Positions 50,135 to 61,165 of a stretch of 64,000 nucleotides of DNA are shown here, in pieces. The stretch spans positions 1,775 through 65,774 of the forward strand of contig JBPCOJ010000106.1 of NCBI GenBank assembly GCA_051000345.1, written 5' to 3'. Every line of letters starts with the position of its first letter. The first letter of the stretch is position 1. The DNA is from Pyrinomonadaceae bacterium (lineage in GTDB: Bacteria; Acidobacteriota; Blastocatellia; Pyrinomonadales; Pyrinomonadaceae). A model generated the notes under the pieces. It saw nothing but the letters and a program-made list of their open reading frames with translations. It did no database searches and was not told the DNA's origin. The translations under genes were made by a program, and so were the position numbers.

Positions 50135-51759
50135 TGATTGGAAAAAAGCTTCGTCTCTGGACGTTCGGCGCGTTCATCCTCATCGGCGCGCTCGCGTATT
50201 CAAACATCGCGGGGGCGTTTTTTCTTTCCGACGATTTCGATCAAATAGGCAAAGTGCGCGCGGGCAATCTGGCTGTGACGTGGGGACAGGAGCACGGCGG
50301 ATTTTTTCGCCCGCTCTTTATCTTGAGCTACTTCGTTGACGTGAAATTGTGGAACGCCGCGCCGCTCGGATTTCATTCCACCAACATCCTGTTTCACACC
50401 GCTAACGCATTTCTCGTCTTCCTTTTATCCCAAAGCTTAATCGAAGAATTTTGTGCGCAGTCGAGCCGGGAAGAAGCGCAAAGGGTTTCGCTCGCAGCGG
50501 GTTTGATTTTTCTGCTGCATCCTTCGCACACCGAAGCCGTTTCATGGATTTCGGGGCGTGCCGATTTGATTGCAGCTTTTTTCAGTCTCTTGTCTTTGAC
50601 GTTTTACGTTTCATGTTGGCGAACGAAGAATTCGGCGCGCATCTTTTTTTCACTTCTTTTCTTCGCGCTGGCATTGCTCGCCAAAGAATCCGCCATCTGC
50701 CTTCCGTTCGTCGTACTCCTCATCGAAGTTACTCGCGCTTGGCAGCAAAGAAACAAAGAAATTTTCCGGCGCGCGATAAAAACAGTCGCGGCATTCGTCG
50801 CGTTGCTGCTCGTTTTTATTGCGGCGCGTTACCTTGCGATAAATTCTTTAATCGGCGGCTACGGCGCATCGCAGCACTTGAATTTCTCCCCGTCATGGAT
50901 TCGTGACCGGCTACTGCAATTTTCTCTGCGCGCCATGTTGCCGCCATTGCCCACGCAACTCTCGGCGATATTATTGAAGCCGCTCAAATCGCCCGTGTTC
51001 GTTTTGTTCGCCATTGTTTGCGCCGCGCTCATCGCCGCCGTTGTTGCTCATAGACACAAACGACAATCAATCGACGCGCGCAGGCCGCAGAACATTTTCA
51101 TGTGGCTGCTCGTCGCATCTTTTCTGTGCTCTTTGCTGCCGGTTATCAATTTGCGCTTGAGCTTATACGACACGCAGGGCGAGCGTTTTTTGTATCTGCC
51201 TTCCGCGTTCTCGTCCATCGCGCTCGCGTATGTTTCGATGATTCTTATTCGCCGCACAAGATTCTGGATGTTGTTAATCGGGTGCTTGTTGATTTTCTAT
51301 TCGTCGGCGCTTTATCGCAGCAATGAAAATTGGCGCGAAGCGGCGCGGCTTTCGCAAACGATTTTGGACGACCTCGCAACGTCATCCGAACACAACAGCA
51401 TATTGATCGTGAACGCGCCCGACAATCTGAAGGGCGCGCCCGTGTTTCACAACGGACTAGCGGACGCGCTGCAAAACTTTCAAACCGCAAGGCAGTTCAC
51501 AGACGTGCGTCTCGTTGCGCTGCACAGCATTCAATCGGTGAACGATCCGATTGAATCAGCGGCAAATCATCAATCAATCGCCGTTCGCTTGCCCGATGAG
51601 GCAAACGAGTTCGGGCGCGTTGACGAACATCTTCAATGCGTCGAAATTATCGATCACACGAATTTTTTTCTGCGGCTTCGACTCGATAACTGTCCGGCGG
51701 CAATGGACGTATTCGTATTCGATAAAGGCCGTATGCAAAGAATTGCAACGCTTCCTTAA
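50131..51759 (+). CDS. polytopic membrane protein, GT-C/PMT_2-DUF1736-like putative glycosyltransferase
   Basis: 542 aa with more than 8 TM helices. FRPLFILSYFVD..GFHSTNILFHTANAFLVF...LLHPSHTEAVSWISGRADL is present. Its ATGA start overlaps the previous stop. Confidence 0.6.
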   Translation: MMIGKKLRLWTFGAFILIGALAYSNIAGAFFLSDDFDQIGKVRAGNLAVTWGQEHGGFFRPLFILSYFVDVKLWNAAPLGFHSTNILFHTANAFLVFLLSQSLIEEFCAQSSREEAQRVSLAAGLIFLLHPSHTEAVSWISGRADLIAAFFSLLSLTFYVSCWRTKNSARIFFSLLFFALALLAKESAICLPFVVLLIEVTRAWQQRNKEIFRRAIKTVAAFVALLLVFIAARYLAINSLIGGYGASQHLNFSPSWIRDRLLQFSLRAMLPPLPTQLSAILLKPLKSPVFVLFAIVCAALIAAVVAHRHKRQSIDARRPQNIFMWLLVASFLCSLLPVINLRLSLYDTQGERFLYLPSAFSSIALAYVSMILIRRTRFWMLLIGCLLIFYSSALYRSNENWREAARLSQTILDDLATSSEHNSILIVNAPDNLKGAPVFHNGLADALQNFQTARQFTDVRLVALHSIQSVNDPIESAANHQSIAVRLPDEANEFGRVDEHLQCVEIIDHTNFFLRLRLDNCPAAMDVFVFDKGRMQRIATLP

Positions 51760-51769
51760 AATTTTTGTT

Positions 51770-53491
51770 TCAGTTCGGCAGCAAGCGCCAATTGTTCGTC
51801 GGCTCCGGCGGAATAACTTTGTGACGCTCGACCCAATCAATAATCAGATCGCGTATTTCTTCACTTGAGCGATAAACGACGGGCGCATTTTTGTACATCG
51901 TGAAGCCGCCGCCGCCGTTGATGCGATAGTTGTTTGTGACGAGCCGCAGCTTTTGCGCCGGTGTAACAGGCTGATTGTGAAAGCGCAGATTTTCGATGCG
52001 CCCGCCGAGTGGTTTGCTTATATCGAGGTCATATGTGACGCCTTCGGCGATGTCGAAATTATAGCCGGGAATTTTTTCATCGACGAGATCGGCAGCCGCT
52101 TTGTTCGGCACATAGGCGCGAAAATATTCCGCCGAATGTTCGAGCGCGTCCTTTAATTGTTTGCCCGTCACTTCGAGGACGGCAAGCGTGTTTTCGTATT
52201 CGTAAAGCCCTGCAATGTCACGCACAGTAACGTCCCCGCGCGGAATGCGCGCCTGCGGATTAAAGCTCGCTGCCATTGAAACATCCGCCTTTCCCGCTTC
52301 GAGCTGCACGCGCTGAATCAAATCGAGAATCGCCGTATCACGAAAGCGCGCGTCGCGCGCCGTGAGTTCCGCAGACGATTCGCCGATCACGCGCCCGAGC
52401 CAAGCCTGTGTTTCGCGGTCATACGGCTGAACGATTCTGGAAATTTCTTCGTCCGGTTTGACGCGATCATCAACGGGAATCGTGCGCGCCGATTTCGCCG
52501 CGACACGCCAGCGCCCACCGCCATCGGCATTGGCAGCCGCTTCGCGTTCGAGGTACAGGTCAACGCGCGCGACGCGGCGCGCCCATTTATCCGCCTGCGT
52601 TAGAAGCACGCCGTTGATGTAAACGCCCGGCACTTCGCGGTGCGTGTGTCCCATCAAAATCACGTCCACGCCCGGCACTTGTTCAGCAATAGAGACAGCG
52701 GCGTTTTCGTTCTTGACTTGTCCGGGATCGACTTTGCCTGTGCGCAAATCTTCTTCCAAGCCCATGTGCATGGCGATTACGACGACATCTGCGCGCTCTT
52801 TTTCGCGCAAGATTTTCACCCACTTGCGCGCTTCGGAAACGGTTTCACGAAACTCAAGGCCAGCGTAGTTTTCCGCGTTCTCCCAATTCGGAATGCCCGG
52901 CGTCGTCAAGCCTAAAATGCCGACGCGCACGCCGTTCGCTTCCTTGACGAGATACGGGTCATACGCCGTTTGGTCTGTTCCCTTTTTATAAGTATTCGCG
53001 GAGAGCCAAGGAAAGTTCGCTTCGCGGCGTGCCTTGCCTAAAACGTTCAGGCCGAAATTGTATTCGTGATTGCCGACGGCCATCGCGTCGTAGTGCAGCG
53101 CGTTCATGGCGAGCATCATCGGATCGGGCGGAGCGTTGTTTTTTTTGTTGTGGTAATAAACGAGCGGCGTTCCTTGAATCGTGTCGCCGGAATCGAGCAG
53201 CAGCAAGTTCGGATTCTCTTTGCGTGCTTGCTTAATCACCGTTGCGGCTAAAGCAAGCCCGCGCGCATCAGGTTTGTTCGCGTAGTAATCAACGGGCAAG
53301 ATGTTGCCGTGCATATCAGTGGTCGCAAGAATCGTGATTTGCGCGCGCGCCGTGTTGCCTTGAATAATTATCGGCGCGGCGGCAGTCGAACGCGTCAGGC
53401 AAATGCTCATTGCGCATAAAGCAAAGAGTAATAGCGCCATCAAAAATAGCGATAACGATTTGACGCGAAGGAATTTATTTTTTGTTTTCAT
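51770..53491 (-). CDS. bifunctional metallophosphatase / 5'-nucleotidase (UshA/CpdB-like)
   Basis: 573 aa with a signal peptide and TDMHGN, GDTIQG, GNHEYN and GHTH motifs, plus a C-terminal nucleotidase domain. Confidence 0.85.
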   Translation of the reverse strand: MKTKNKFLRVKSLSLFLMALLLFALCAMSICLTRSTAAAPIIIQGNTARAQITILATTDMHGNILPVDYYANKPDARGLALAATVIKQARKENPNLLLLDSGDTIQGTPLVYYHNKKNNAPPDPMMLAMNALHYDAMAVGNHEYNFGLNVLGKARREANFPWLSANTYKKGTDQTAYDPYLVKEANGVRVGILGLTTPGIPNWENAENYAGLEFRETVSEARKWVKILREKERADVVVIAMHMGLEEDLRTGKVDPGQVKNENAAVSIAEQVPGVDVILMGHTHREVPGVYINGVLLTQADKWARRVARVDLYLEREAAANADGGGRWRVAAKSARTIPVDDRVKPDEEISRIVQPYDRETQAWLGRVIGESSAELTARDARFRDTAILDLIQRVQLEAGKADVSMAASFNPQARIPRGDVTVRDIAGLYEYENTLAVLEVTGKQLKDALEHSAEYFRAYVPNKAAADLVDEKIPGYNFDIAEGVTYDLDISKPLGGRIENLRFHNQPVTPAQKLRLVTNNYRINGGGGFTMYKNAPVVYRSSEEIRDLIIDWVERHKVIPPEPTNNWRLLPN

Positions 53492-53574
53492 TTGACTTTA
53501 GATGTGATTGCCGGAAATTAGTTTTGTCGAACAGCGCGCGTTGAAACTGGCAAACGTGCAATGCTGCTTCGCGC

Positions 53575-54678
53575 TTAACCTTCGCCTGTCGCGGGACGAG
53601 CGGAACCGCGTTCGTCGATTGCTGCGGCGGAAATCTGCTCGGCTTCTTCCGTAAATTTCCGCAGAGACAGTCCGCGCCGGACGAGAAACATCACGCCGAT
53701 TGCCGCCCAAGCGATGACGCGCGCCTTGCGTATAATGGCGAGCGTGACGCCGATGCCCGTGCCGATAGCAAGCGCGCCTGACAGAAATCCCGTCACCGCT
53801 TCGTCCACGCCGATGCGCAAAGGCACGGGCTTAAAAACGACGTTGACGAGACGGTTGATCCATTCGAGCGCGAAGGCCGTGAGCAGAGTCGGCGGCGTGT
53901 CGCTGATAAAAAGCAGCACGACGTAAATCTCCGCGACGCCCGCGAGATGAAAGCAACATTCGAGCAGCAGTATAGGGAGAAAGCGCGAACTGTTTTCGGC
54001 GTAGAAACTGTATATTTTATCTTCGACGGCGCTCGCTCGCGGGTACGCCTTCGCAATCCACTTTTGCCCTAGCCCACGCCGCTCCAAACTCTTGAGCGCG
54101 CCGCTGACAAACTTTATTTGACGGCGCATAGCCCAGTACGCCAAAGGCAAAAGAACGACGACGGCAACGAGCGCGCCGATGCTTGCGATGCGCAGAATCT
54201 TCGGCAGCGAAAAATTGAGCAGCAGCGTCAACGCGCCTGTGAAGATAACGAGCGCCACCGACAAAGTGTAAAAAAGCAGTTCGACGGCGATGGCGGAGAC
54301 GGCTGGCACAAGCGGCACGCGGTCACGCACGAACGCCGCCTTCGCAGGCTCCGTGACGACCATATTAAGCGGCCCCGCGATGTTGCCGACGGCGTCGCTT
54401 GTGACAAAGGTTTTGAAGGCGTCGCGGAAACGCAGCTTGTAAGGCGCTTCAAAGCAGCGCATCCACGCCAGCGCGCGCACCGCGAAACGGATTCCGGCGA
54501 TGAGAAAGACCAGCAGAAAGCCCGCGCCGAGGCGTTTGATGCCGCCCGCGATTTCGCGCACGCCCGCCTTTTCCACAAAGTAAACAAAGAGCACGACGCC
54601 CAGCACCGCAAAGGCGATGCCTAGATACGTCCACTTCTTGTTCGAGCTTTTTTTCAAATCAACAGCTTGGCTCATCAT
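53575..54678 (-). CDS. UPF0104 / lysylphosphatidylglycerol-synthase-TM-region-like flippase-type membrane protein
   Basis: 367 aa with about 8 TM helices. The N-terminus has a K-rich segment followed by a TM helix, as in this family. Confidence 0.6.
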   Translation of the reverse strand: MMSQAVDLKKSSNKKWTYLGIAFAVLGVVLFVYFVEKAGVREIAGGIKRLGAGFLLVFLIAGIRFAVRALAWMRCFEAPYKLRFRDAFKTFVTSDAVGNIAGPLNMVVTEPAKAAFVRDRVPLVPAVSAIAVELLFYTLSVALVIFTGALTLLLNFSLPKILRIASIGALVAVVVLLPLAYWAMRRQIKFVSGALKSLERRGLGQKWIAKAYPRASAVEDKIYSFYAENSSRFLPILLLECCFHLAGVAEIYVVLLFISDTPPTLLTAFALEWINRLVNVVFKPVPLRIGVDEAVTGFLSGALAIGTGIGVTLAIIRKARVIAWAAIGVMFLVRRGLSLRKFTEEAEQISAAAIDERGSARPATGEG

Positions 54679-54929
54679 TTGGTCTTAACAGCGCGCAGGA
54701 AAATTTTGCCACAGAGTCGGGCAGTTTCCAGTAGCTAAGGCGGCGGCTTCGTGCCATGAACTCAAAATTGAAAACTGCTTTCCCCTCGCCCGGTCATTCT
54801 ACGTTTAAGCGCGTGCGAGCGAAAGCGGCGCGCGTAAAGAAATAGTTGCGAGGCGTGGATTGATCGGTCTTTAGTTGTGCCTTCCCTGCTTTCGTTTCGG
54901 TTCATGCGCGCAAGGTTGACCGTGAGTGT

Positions 54930-54958
54930 TTGGATAAGCGATGCTACGTTGCTAAAAT
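54930..54958 (+). promoter_or_regulatory. sigma70-type promoter of the acyl-CoA dehydrogenase operon
   Basis: TTGGAT-N17-TAAAAT, 39 nt upstream of the ATG at 54997. Confidence 0.4.
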
Positions 54959-54996
54959 CAATTCAATTTAACGCGGAACGAAATTCTTAAATTCTT

Positions 54997-56205
54997 ATGA
55001 GCCAAACAAAAACGGATCACACAGTTTCCGAACAAACGACAAGCGCGGCCTTGACCGTGCTTTCCGAAGACGAAGAAATGTTTCGCTCAAGCGTGCGTGA
55101 GTTTGCCGAAGGCGAATTGCGCCCGCGCGTCGAAGCGATGGACGAAGCGGGCAAGCTCGATCCGGCGCTCGTCAAACAGTGTTTCGGACTCGGGCTGATG
55201 GGCATCGAAACGCCGGAAGAATACGACGGTGCGGGCGCTAAGTTTTTTACAGCGATTCTCGCCGTCGAAGAACTCTCGCGCGTCGATGCTTCAGTCGGCG
55301 TCTTCGTCGATGTCCAAAACACGCTCGTCAATAATTGCATTCTGCGATGGGCGAATGATGAGCAGAAAAAGAAATATCTGACGCAACTCGCAAGCGATAA
55401 AGTCGGCGCGTATGCTTTGAGCGAGGCAGGCTCCGGCTCCGATGCCTTCGCCATGCAGACGCGCGCCGTCGAACAAAGCGATCACTACGTTATCAACGGG
55501 CGCAAGCTCTGGATTACGAACGGCAACGAAGCGGAAATCTTCGTCGTCTTCGCCAACGCCAACCCGGAAGCGGGCTATCGCGGCATCACCGCCTTTATCG
55601 TCGAGAAAAATTTCAAAGGCTTGTCAGTCGGCAAAAAAGAAAACAAGCTCGGCATACGCGCGTCGTCAACCACCGAAATTATTTTAGAAGACGTACATGT
55701 GCCGAAAGAGAATGTGCTCGGCGAAGTCGGCAAGGGATACAAAGTTTCCATCGAAACCCTGAACGAAGGGCGCATCGGCATCGGCGCCCAGATGATCGGC
55801 ATCGCGCGCGGAGCCTTGGGCGCGGCGCTTCGCTACACGGGCGAGCGCGAGCAGTTCGGCAAGCCTATACGCGATTTTCAAGGCGTGCAATTTCAACTTG
55901 CGGAAATGGCGACGCAATTAGAAGCCGCGCGTTTGATGGTCTACAACGCCGCGCGCTTGAAGGATGCGGGACTTTCCTTCGTCAAAGAAGCGGCGATGGC
56001 GAAACTTTACTCGTCGCGCGTCGCCGAAGCGATTAGTTCCAAAGCGATAGAGCTTTACGGCGGCTACGGCTTCGTCAAAGATTACCCTGTCGAAAAATTC
56101 TGGCGCGATTCCAAAATCGGCGCAATCTATGAAGGCACTTCAAATATGCAATTACAGACCATTGCCAAACTCATTACTACGGGCAGGCAACCGCTGACGG
56201 ATTAA
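54997..56205 (+). CDS. acyl-CoA dehydrogenase (short/branched-chain type)
   Basis: 402 aa. ALSEAGSGSDA, ITNG and IYEGTSNMQ are present. Confidence 0.92.
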   Translation: MSQTKTDHTVSEQTTSAALTVLSEDEEMFRSSVREFAEGELRPRVEAMDEAGKLDPALVKQCFGLGLMGIETPEEYDGAGAKFFTAILAVEELSRVDASVGVFVDVQNTLVNNCILRWANDEQKKKYLTQLASDKVGAYALSEAGSGSDAFAMQTRAVEQSDHYVINGRKLWITNGNEAEIFVVFANANPEAGYRGITAFIVEKNFKGLSVGKKENKLGIRASSTTEIILEDVHVPKENVLGEVGKGYKVSIETLNEGRIGIGAQMIGIARGALGAALRYTGEREQFGKPIRDFQGVQFQLAEMATQLEAARLMVYNAARLKDAGLSFVKEAAMAKLYSSRVAEAISSKAIELYGGYGFVKDYPVEKFWRDSKIGAIYEGTSNMQLQTIAKLITTGRQPLTD

Positions 56206-56208
56206 AAG

Positions 56209-56529
56209 ATGACCACATCGCGCATTGAAACATTCACGCAGATGCTCGCGGGCGATCCCGAAAACGCGCTCGTGCGCTTCGGTCTCGCCAACGAACTCCT
56301 GAAGGCCGAACGCTACGAAGAAGCGATTGCGGCGCTCAAGGAATATCTCGCGCAGGCAGACGACGAGGGCGCGGCTTACGGAATGCTCGCGCGCGCCTAC
56401 GAAAAAATGAATCAACGAAATGAAGCCCGCGCTGCTTACGAACAAGGCATCGCTACGTCCGAATCTCACGGGCATCCGTCGATGGCAGAAGACTATCGCA
56501 TGACGCTCGCCAGCGATTACGAAGATTGA
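56209..56529 (+). CDS. small TPR-like protein
   Basis: 106 aa. ANELLKAERYEEAIAALKEYL....AYGMLARAYEKMNQRNEARAAYEQGI is present. It starts 3 nt after the previous stop. Confidence 0.6.
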   Translation: MTTSRIETFTQMLAGDPENALVRFGLANELLKAERYEEAIAALKEYLAQADDEGAAYGMLARAYEKMNQRNEARAAYEQGIATSESHGHPSMAEDYRMTLASDYED

Positions 56530-56603
56530 TTGGCGCGCCGCAACTTTGAATTACCGGAAGCTTGCTTTTCTCAAACGCACGCTTCACTCGCAAGGAGATT
56601 ATT

Positions 56604-58562
56604 ATGCAGGCAAAGCACCTCATCGCTTCAACGGCACTCTCTCTTTTAGTTTGTTCCTCAAACGCTTTTGCGCAAATGCCCGTACCCACTTCCACGCCCG
56701 CGCCGACAGAGCAGCAAAAGCAAGCGCAAAAAGAGGTCGAGAAAAAGGCGCTCGCGCTTCTCGAAGACACTATCGCGGACGCGCAGTCGCTTCGCGTTCC
56801 CGAAAACCGCGCGCTCGTCACGGCAACTGCCGCCGATCTGCTTTGGACACGCGACGAAAAACGCGCCCGCTCGCTTTTCACAGACGCGCTCAACGCATTA
56901 GCCGCCGCCCGCACCGCAAGTTCAGGAGCGAACAACGCAGAGGACGGTGAAGGCGCGGGGCGCAACTACGCAAACTATGCTGGCTACATGGCCTCCGCCC
57001 TACGGCAACAATTGTTGCAGATGGTCGCACGCCACGATGCCACGCTCGCGCTCGATCTGCTGCGCGCCGGAAGTTCTGTTAAGCAAGCGCCCGCATCCGA
57101 CGCGTCCAAAGTCGCCGCGCCCGCGCAAGCGAATCAAAATCGTGGAATGATGGATGAAGACGCGCGGCTCGAACAAACTTTGATTGCGCAGATTGCCGCC
57201 ACCGATCCGAAAACGGCGCTTCGCATCGCCGAAGAAAGTTTAGCGAAGGGCGTTTCACCGAATCTGCTTTCCACACTCCGCGTGCTGCAAAGAAAGGACG
57301 CGGAGGCGGCGACAAAACTCGCGGGCAGCATTGTCGAGCGTCTCCACAACACCAACTTTCAAACCAACCCGGAAGCGGCATTCGTCGTGATGCAGTTGTT
57401 CGACATAAGCGCGCATCCCGAACGCTACGGCTCACGCCAAGCGGCTACGGGCGATACCGCCGCCGCAACCGCTGAAGCTGCAAAGAAGCCGCAATCGTTG
57501 CTCAGTGAAACGGCGTCGCGCGATTTGGCAGACATCGCCGCCTCTGCACTGCTTAACAAAGGCGTGACGGGAGGCATCCTTTATCAAGACACGGCGCTGC
57601 TTCCGTTTATCGAAAAGTATGCTCCGGCACGCGCCCCGCAAATACGTCGCAAACTCGCCGACATTAAAAAAACGATTGATCCGCAAGAGCAAGCACTTAT
57701 GAAATATCAAGAGCAGTTTCAGAGCGGCACGATTGACGGTATGTTGCAGGCTGCATCCGAAGCTCCGGCGTCGGTGCGCGCTGCGCTTTACCAAAGTGCC
57801 GCATGGAAGGCTCTCTCGCAAAACGACACGACGCGCGCGCGCCAGATTATTCAGGACAAAATAACCGACACGCAGGAGCGCGCTCAACTGCTCACGCAAA
57901 TAGACCGACAGGCGCTCACGCAAGCATTGCGGCTTGGCAAGCTAGATGAAGCCAGACAAATGCTGCGCGAACGCGGCACGCGCTCAAAGAAGGATCAAGC
58001 GATGATGCTCGCCATGCTCGCGCAGGTGGCGGCGAAGAAGGGTGATCGTAAATTCGCGCTCGATGTCCTAGACGAAGCGCGCCAGCTCGTGCCTAATTCG
58101 CAAGCGCAAAATCAAGATCAAATAGACGCGCAACTCGCCGTCGCTGCCGCTTACACCTTCGTTGAACCGGCGCGCAGTTTCGAGATCATCGAGCCGATGA
58201 TCGACCAAGCGAACGAACTCATACGCGCGGCGGCGCTGCTCGATAAATTCGGCAATTCCGGCCAGAGATTTTTCCGTAACGGCGAATTAATGCTCTCGAT
58301 GTCAGGCGGTGCTTCGTTTGCGATTCGCAGCCGCTACGGGCGCGCTCTTACGCTTCTTGCCAATGCCGATTTTGACCGTGCGCGCGCTGCCGCAGACCGC
58401 TTTCAGCAACCCGAACTGCGCGTGATGGCGCGGCTTCTTATTGCGCAGGGCGCGCTCGACACAGCAGCGCCGCAATCGACACTGCCGCCGTCGGAATTAG
58501 ATTTTATGCCGGGCGAAATGAACTCGTTTGGCGGCGGCACAATGGTTATCGGCAATCAATAA
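56604..58562 (+). CDS. secreted all-helical repeat protein, unknown function
   Basis: The ATG at 56604 has an AAGGAG SD and starts a signal peptide (MQAKHLIASTALSLLVCSSNAFAQ). The rest is a long A/L/Q/R-rich helical sequence. Confidence 0.6.
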   Translation: MQAKHLIASTALSLLVCSSNAFAQMPVPTSTPAPTEQQKQAQKEVEKKALALLEDTIADAQSLRVPENRALVTATAADLLWTRDEKRARSLFTDALNALAAARTASSGANNAEDGEGAGRNYANYAGYMASALRQQLLQMVARHDATLALDLLRAGSSVKQAPASDASKVAAPAQANQNRGMMDEDARLEQTLIAQIAATDPKTALRIAEESLAKGVSPNLLSTLRVLQRKDAEAATKLAGSIVERLHNTNFQTNPEAAFVVMQLFDISAHPERYGSRQAATGDTAAATAEAAKKPQSLLSETASRDLADIAASALLNKGVTGGILYQDTALLPFIEKYAPARAPQIRRKLADIKKTIDPQEQALMKYQEQFQSGTIDGMLQAASEAPASVRAALYQSAAWKALSQNDTTRARQIIQDKITDTQERAQLLTQIDRQALTQALRLGKLDEARQMLRERGTRSKKDQAMMLAMLAQVAAKKGDRKFALDVLDEARQLVPNSQAQNQDQIDAQLAVAAAYTFVEPARSFEIIEPMIDQANELIRAAALLDKFGNSGQRFFRNGELMLSMSGGASFAIRSRYGRALTLLANADFDRARAAADRFQQPELRVMARLLIAQGALDTAAPQSTLPPSELDFMPGEMNSFGGGTMVIGNQ

Positions 58563-58674
58563 AATCGGCGGCAAGACGCGCGAATTCGTGCGTGCGGGCA
58601 GGAGCGTGGTTTGTCACCTGAAAGTTAATACGCTAAATTTAACGAACGAGATAAGTAAAGACGAGGAATAAACA

Positions 58675-60795
58675 ATGGCGACGGCTCTAAAAACACGCGA
58701 GTATAAAGGTCTCGACCGCGAGCAGATGATTTCCATCTATCGCACGATGTATTTATCGAGGCGCATCGACGACAAAGAGATTCAATTAAAAGGCCAGAAC
58801 AAAATCTTTTTTCAAATCAGCGGCGCGGGGCATGAGGCCGTGCTCGTTGCGGCGGCAATGGCTTTGAAGCCCGCTTACGATTGGTTTTACCCATACTACC
58901 GTGACCGCGCGCTTTGTTTGCAACTCGGCATGACGCCGCTCGAACAACTCCTTTCGGCAGTCGGCGCGGAAGCAGACCCGAATTCGCACGGGCGACAAAT
59001 GCCTTCGCACTGGGGACACACGGAACTGAATATCGTTTCGCAGTCTTCGCCGACCGGCACGCAGTTTCTGCAAGCCGTCGGCTGCGCTGAAGCGGGTTAT
59101 CGCGCAACGCTCGTCGAAGAATTGCAATCGCTCGTCAAAGGTTTTCAGAAAGACGAAGTCGTGTACGTTTCGACAGGCGACGGCACGACGAGCGAAGGCG
59201 AATTCTGGGAAGCTTTGAACACGGCATCGAACTTGAAATTGCCCGTGCTGTTTCTCGTCGAAGACAACGGCTATGCCATCAGCGTGCCCGTCGAAGTGCA
59301 AACGGCGGGCGGCGATATTTCCAAACTCGTCGCAGGTTTCCCGGATTTATACATTCAAAAATGCGACGGCACAGACCCGATTGAATCGCTCGAAACTCTG
59401 CGCCGCGCCGTTGATTATTGCCGCGCGCGCAAAGGCCCCGCGTTCGTACATGCGCAAGTGATTCGCCCGTATTCGCATTCGCTTTCCGACGACGAAAAAC
59501 TTTATCGCCCGGATGAAGAACGCACTTCGGATGCGGAACGCGATCCCGTCAAACGCTTCGGCGCGCTGCTTATCGAAGAAGAATTTTTGACGCAGGACGA
59601 GTTGCAAAAAATCAAAGATGAAGTTGACCGCGAAGTCTTGGAAGCCGCAGACCTCGCGCTCTTAAGCCCGCAGCCTGCGCCGGAAACGGCAACGCAATTT
59701 GTTTACTCGCCGGACGTCGATCCGACGGCAAAAGAATTCGATTCCGAAGAAGGCGCGGAGCTTTCCGGCAACGCTGGCACGATGGTCGATCTCATCAATC
59801 GCTGCTTGCATACGGAGATGGCGCGCGATAATCGCATCATCGTCTTCGGCGAAGACGTGGCGGATGTTTCGCGCGAAGAGAACTTGGAAAAAGTGAAGGG
59901 TAAGGGCGGCGTCTTTAAGGTGACGGCGAACTTGCAAAGAAAGTTCGGCAGCGCGCGTGTCTTTAATTCGCCGCTCGCCGAAGCCAACATTATCGGGCGC
60001 GCCATCGGCATGGCGACGCGCGGCTTAAAGCCCGTCGTCGAGATTCAATTCTTCGATTATATCTGGCCTGCTTATCATCAACTGCGCAACGAAATGGCGT
60101 TGATGCGCTGGCGCTCGGCGGGAGATTTCAGCTGTCCTGTCGTGGTGCGCGTGCCTGTCGGCGGCTACTTGAAGGGCGGCGCAATTTATCACTCGCAATC
60201 CGGCGACACGCTGTTCACGCATATTCCCGGCTTGCGCGTCGTTTATCCTTCAACTGCTTTGGATGCCAACGGACTTCTGCGCACGGCGATTCGCACGGAC
60301 GATCCCGTAATCTTTCTCGAGCACAAACATCTCTATCGTCAGGCGTACAACAAATCGCAGTATCCGCCCGACGATTTTATGATTCCGTTCGGCAAAGCAA
60401 AGACGGTGCGCGAAGGCACGGACATTTCCATTATCACCTTCGGCGCGCTCGTCCAGCGCTCCATCGTTGCCGCCAAGCAAGCCGAGCAGCAGCAAGGCAT
60501 CAGCGTCGAAGTCTTAGACCTGCGAACACTCGCGCCCTATGATTGGGAAGCAATCGTCGCCACCGTGAAAAAGACCGGCAAGGTTATCATCGCGCACGAA
60601 GACGCGCTCTCGTTCGGCTACGGCGCGGAGATGGCGGCGCGCATCGCAGATGAATTGTTTGAATATCTGGACGCACCCGTTCGCCGCGTCGCCGCACTCG
60701 ATACTTTCGTCGCCTATGCGCCGCAACTCGAAGACGCGATTCTGCCGCAAGTCAACGACGTCGCACAGGCGATCACACAGCTTTATAAGTATTAA
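58675..60795 (+). CDS. fused alpha/beta E1 component of a 2-oxoacid (branched-chain type) dehydrogenase
   Basis: 706 aa. The N-terminal half is TPP-binding E1-alpha ([15 protein letters not shown]). The C-terminal half is transketolase-like E1-beta ([13 protein letters not shown]). Confidence 0.88.
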   Translation: MATALKTREYKGLDREQMISIYRTMYLSRRIDDKEIQLKGQNKIFFQISGAGHEAVLVAAAMALKPAYDWFYPYYRDRALCLQLGMTPLEQLLSAVGAEADPNSHGRQMPSHWGHTELNIVSQSSPTGTQFLQAVGCAEAGYRATLVEELQSLVKGFQKDEVVYVSTGDGTTSEGEFWEALNTASNLKLPVLFLVEDNGYAISVPVEVQTAGGDISKLVAGFPDLYIQKCDGTDPIESLETLRRAVDYCRARKGPAFVHAQVIRPYSHSLSDDEKLYRPDEERTSDAERDPVKRFGALLIEEEFLTQDELQKIKDEVDREVLEAADLALLSPQPAPETATQFVYSPDVDPTAKEFDSEEGAELSGNAGTMVDLINRCLHTEMARDNRIIVFGEDVADVSREENLEKVKGKGGVFKVTANLQRKFGSARVFNSPLAEANIIGRAIGMATRGLKPVVEIQFFDYIWPAYHQLRNEMALMRWRSAGDFSCPVVVRVPVGGYLKGGAIYHSQSGDTLFTHIPGLRVVYPSTALDANGLLRTAIRTDDPVIFLEHKHLYRQAYNKSQYPPDDFMIPFGKAKTVREGTDISIITFGALVQRSIVAAKQAEQQQGISVEVLDLRTLAPYDWEAIVATVKKTGKVIIAHEDALSFGYGAEMAARIADELFEYLDAPVRRVAALDTFVAYAPQLEDAILPQVNDVAQAITQLYKY

Positions 60796-60960
60796 TTTTT
60801 CCCGATAAAGATACACGGTAAAGATAAAAGAGAGGCAGCCGGATTAACGGCTGCTTCTCTTTTTCTGCGGGATAATTCTGATGCGAAAACGTCGTTATTC
60901 TCTCCGTCAGCAATGACACTTCCATAGCGATTTTCGATTGCGCACGAGGCAAAAATAATT

Positions 60961-61034
60961 GTAGGGGCAGCAGCTTGTCCCTGCCCGCCTTGCGATTCCA
61001 CAAAGCACGGGCAGGGACAAGCCGCTGCCCCTAC
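60961..61034. repeat. REP-like palindromic element, copy 2
   Basis: Arms gtaggggcagcagcttgtccctgcccg and cgggcagggacaagccgctgcccctac (1 mismatch) around a 20-nt loop. Confidence 0.8.
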
Positions 61035-61165
61035 ATAACACAATCGCCTAAGCCAACGAAAATCTTATCTCAAGTCGGCGCATTGCCGTACACTCAATGT
61101 ATTGTTATACGTCGTTTCGCGCGCTTTTATAGGAATTCTTGGGCAATTTACTTAAGTTTTGCAAA

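Noticed and set aside
54930-54945. TGGATAAGCGATGCT upstream of the acyl-CoA dehydrogenase as a sigma54 promoter.
   Set aside because: The GG to GC spacing is one nucleotide short of the strict -24/-12 geometry. The same region fits a sigma70 TTGGAT-N17-TAAAAT promoter.
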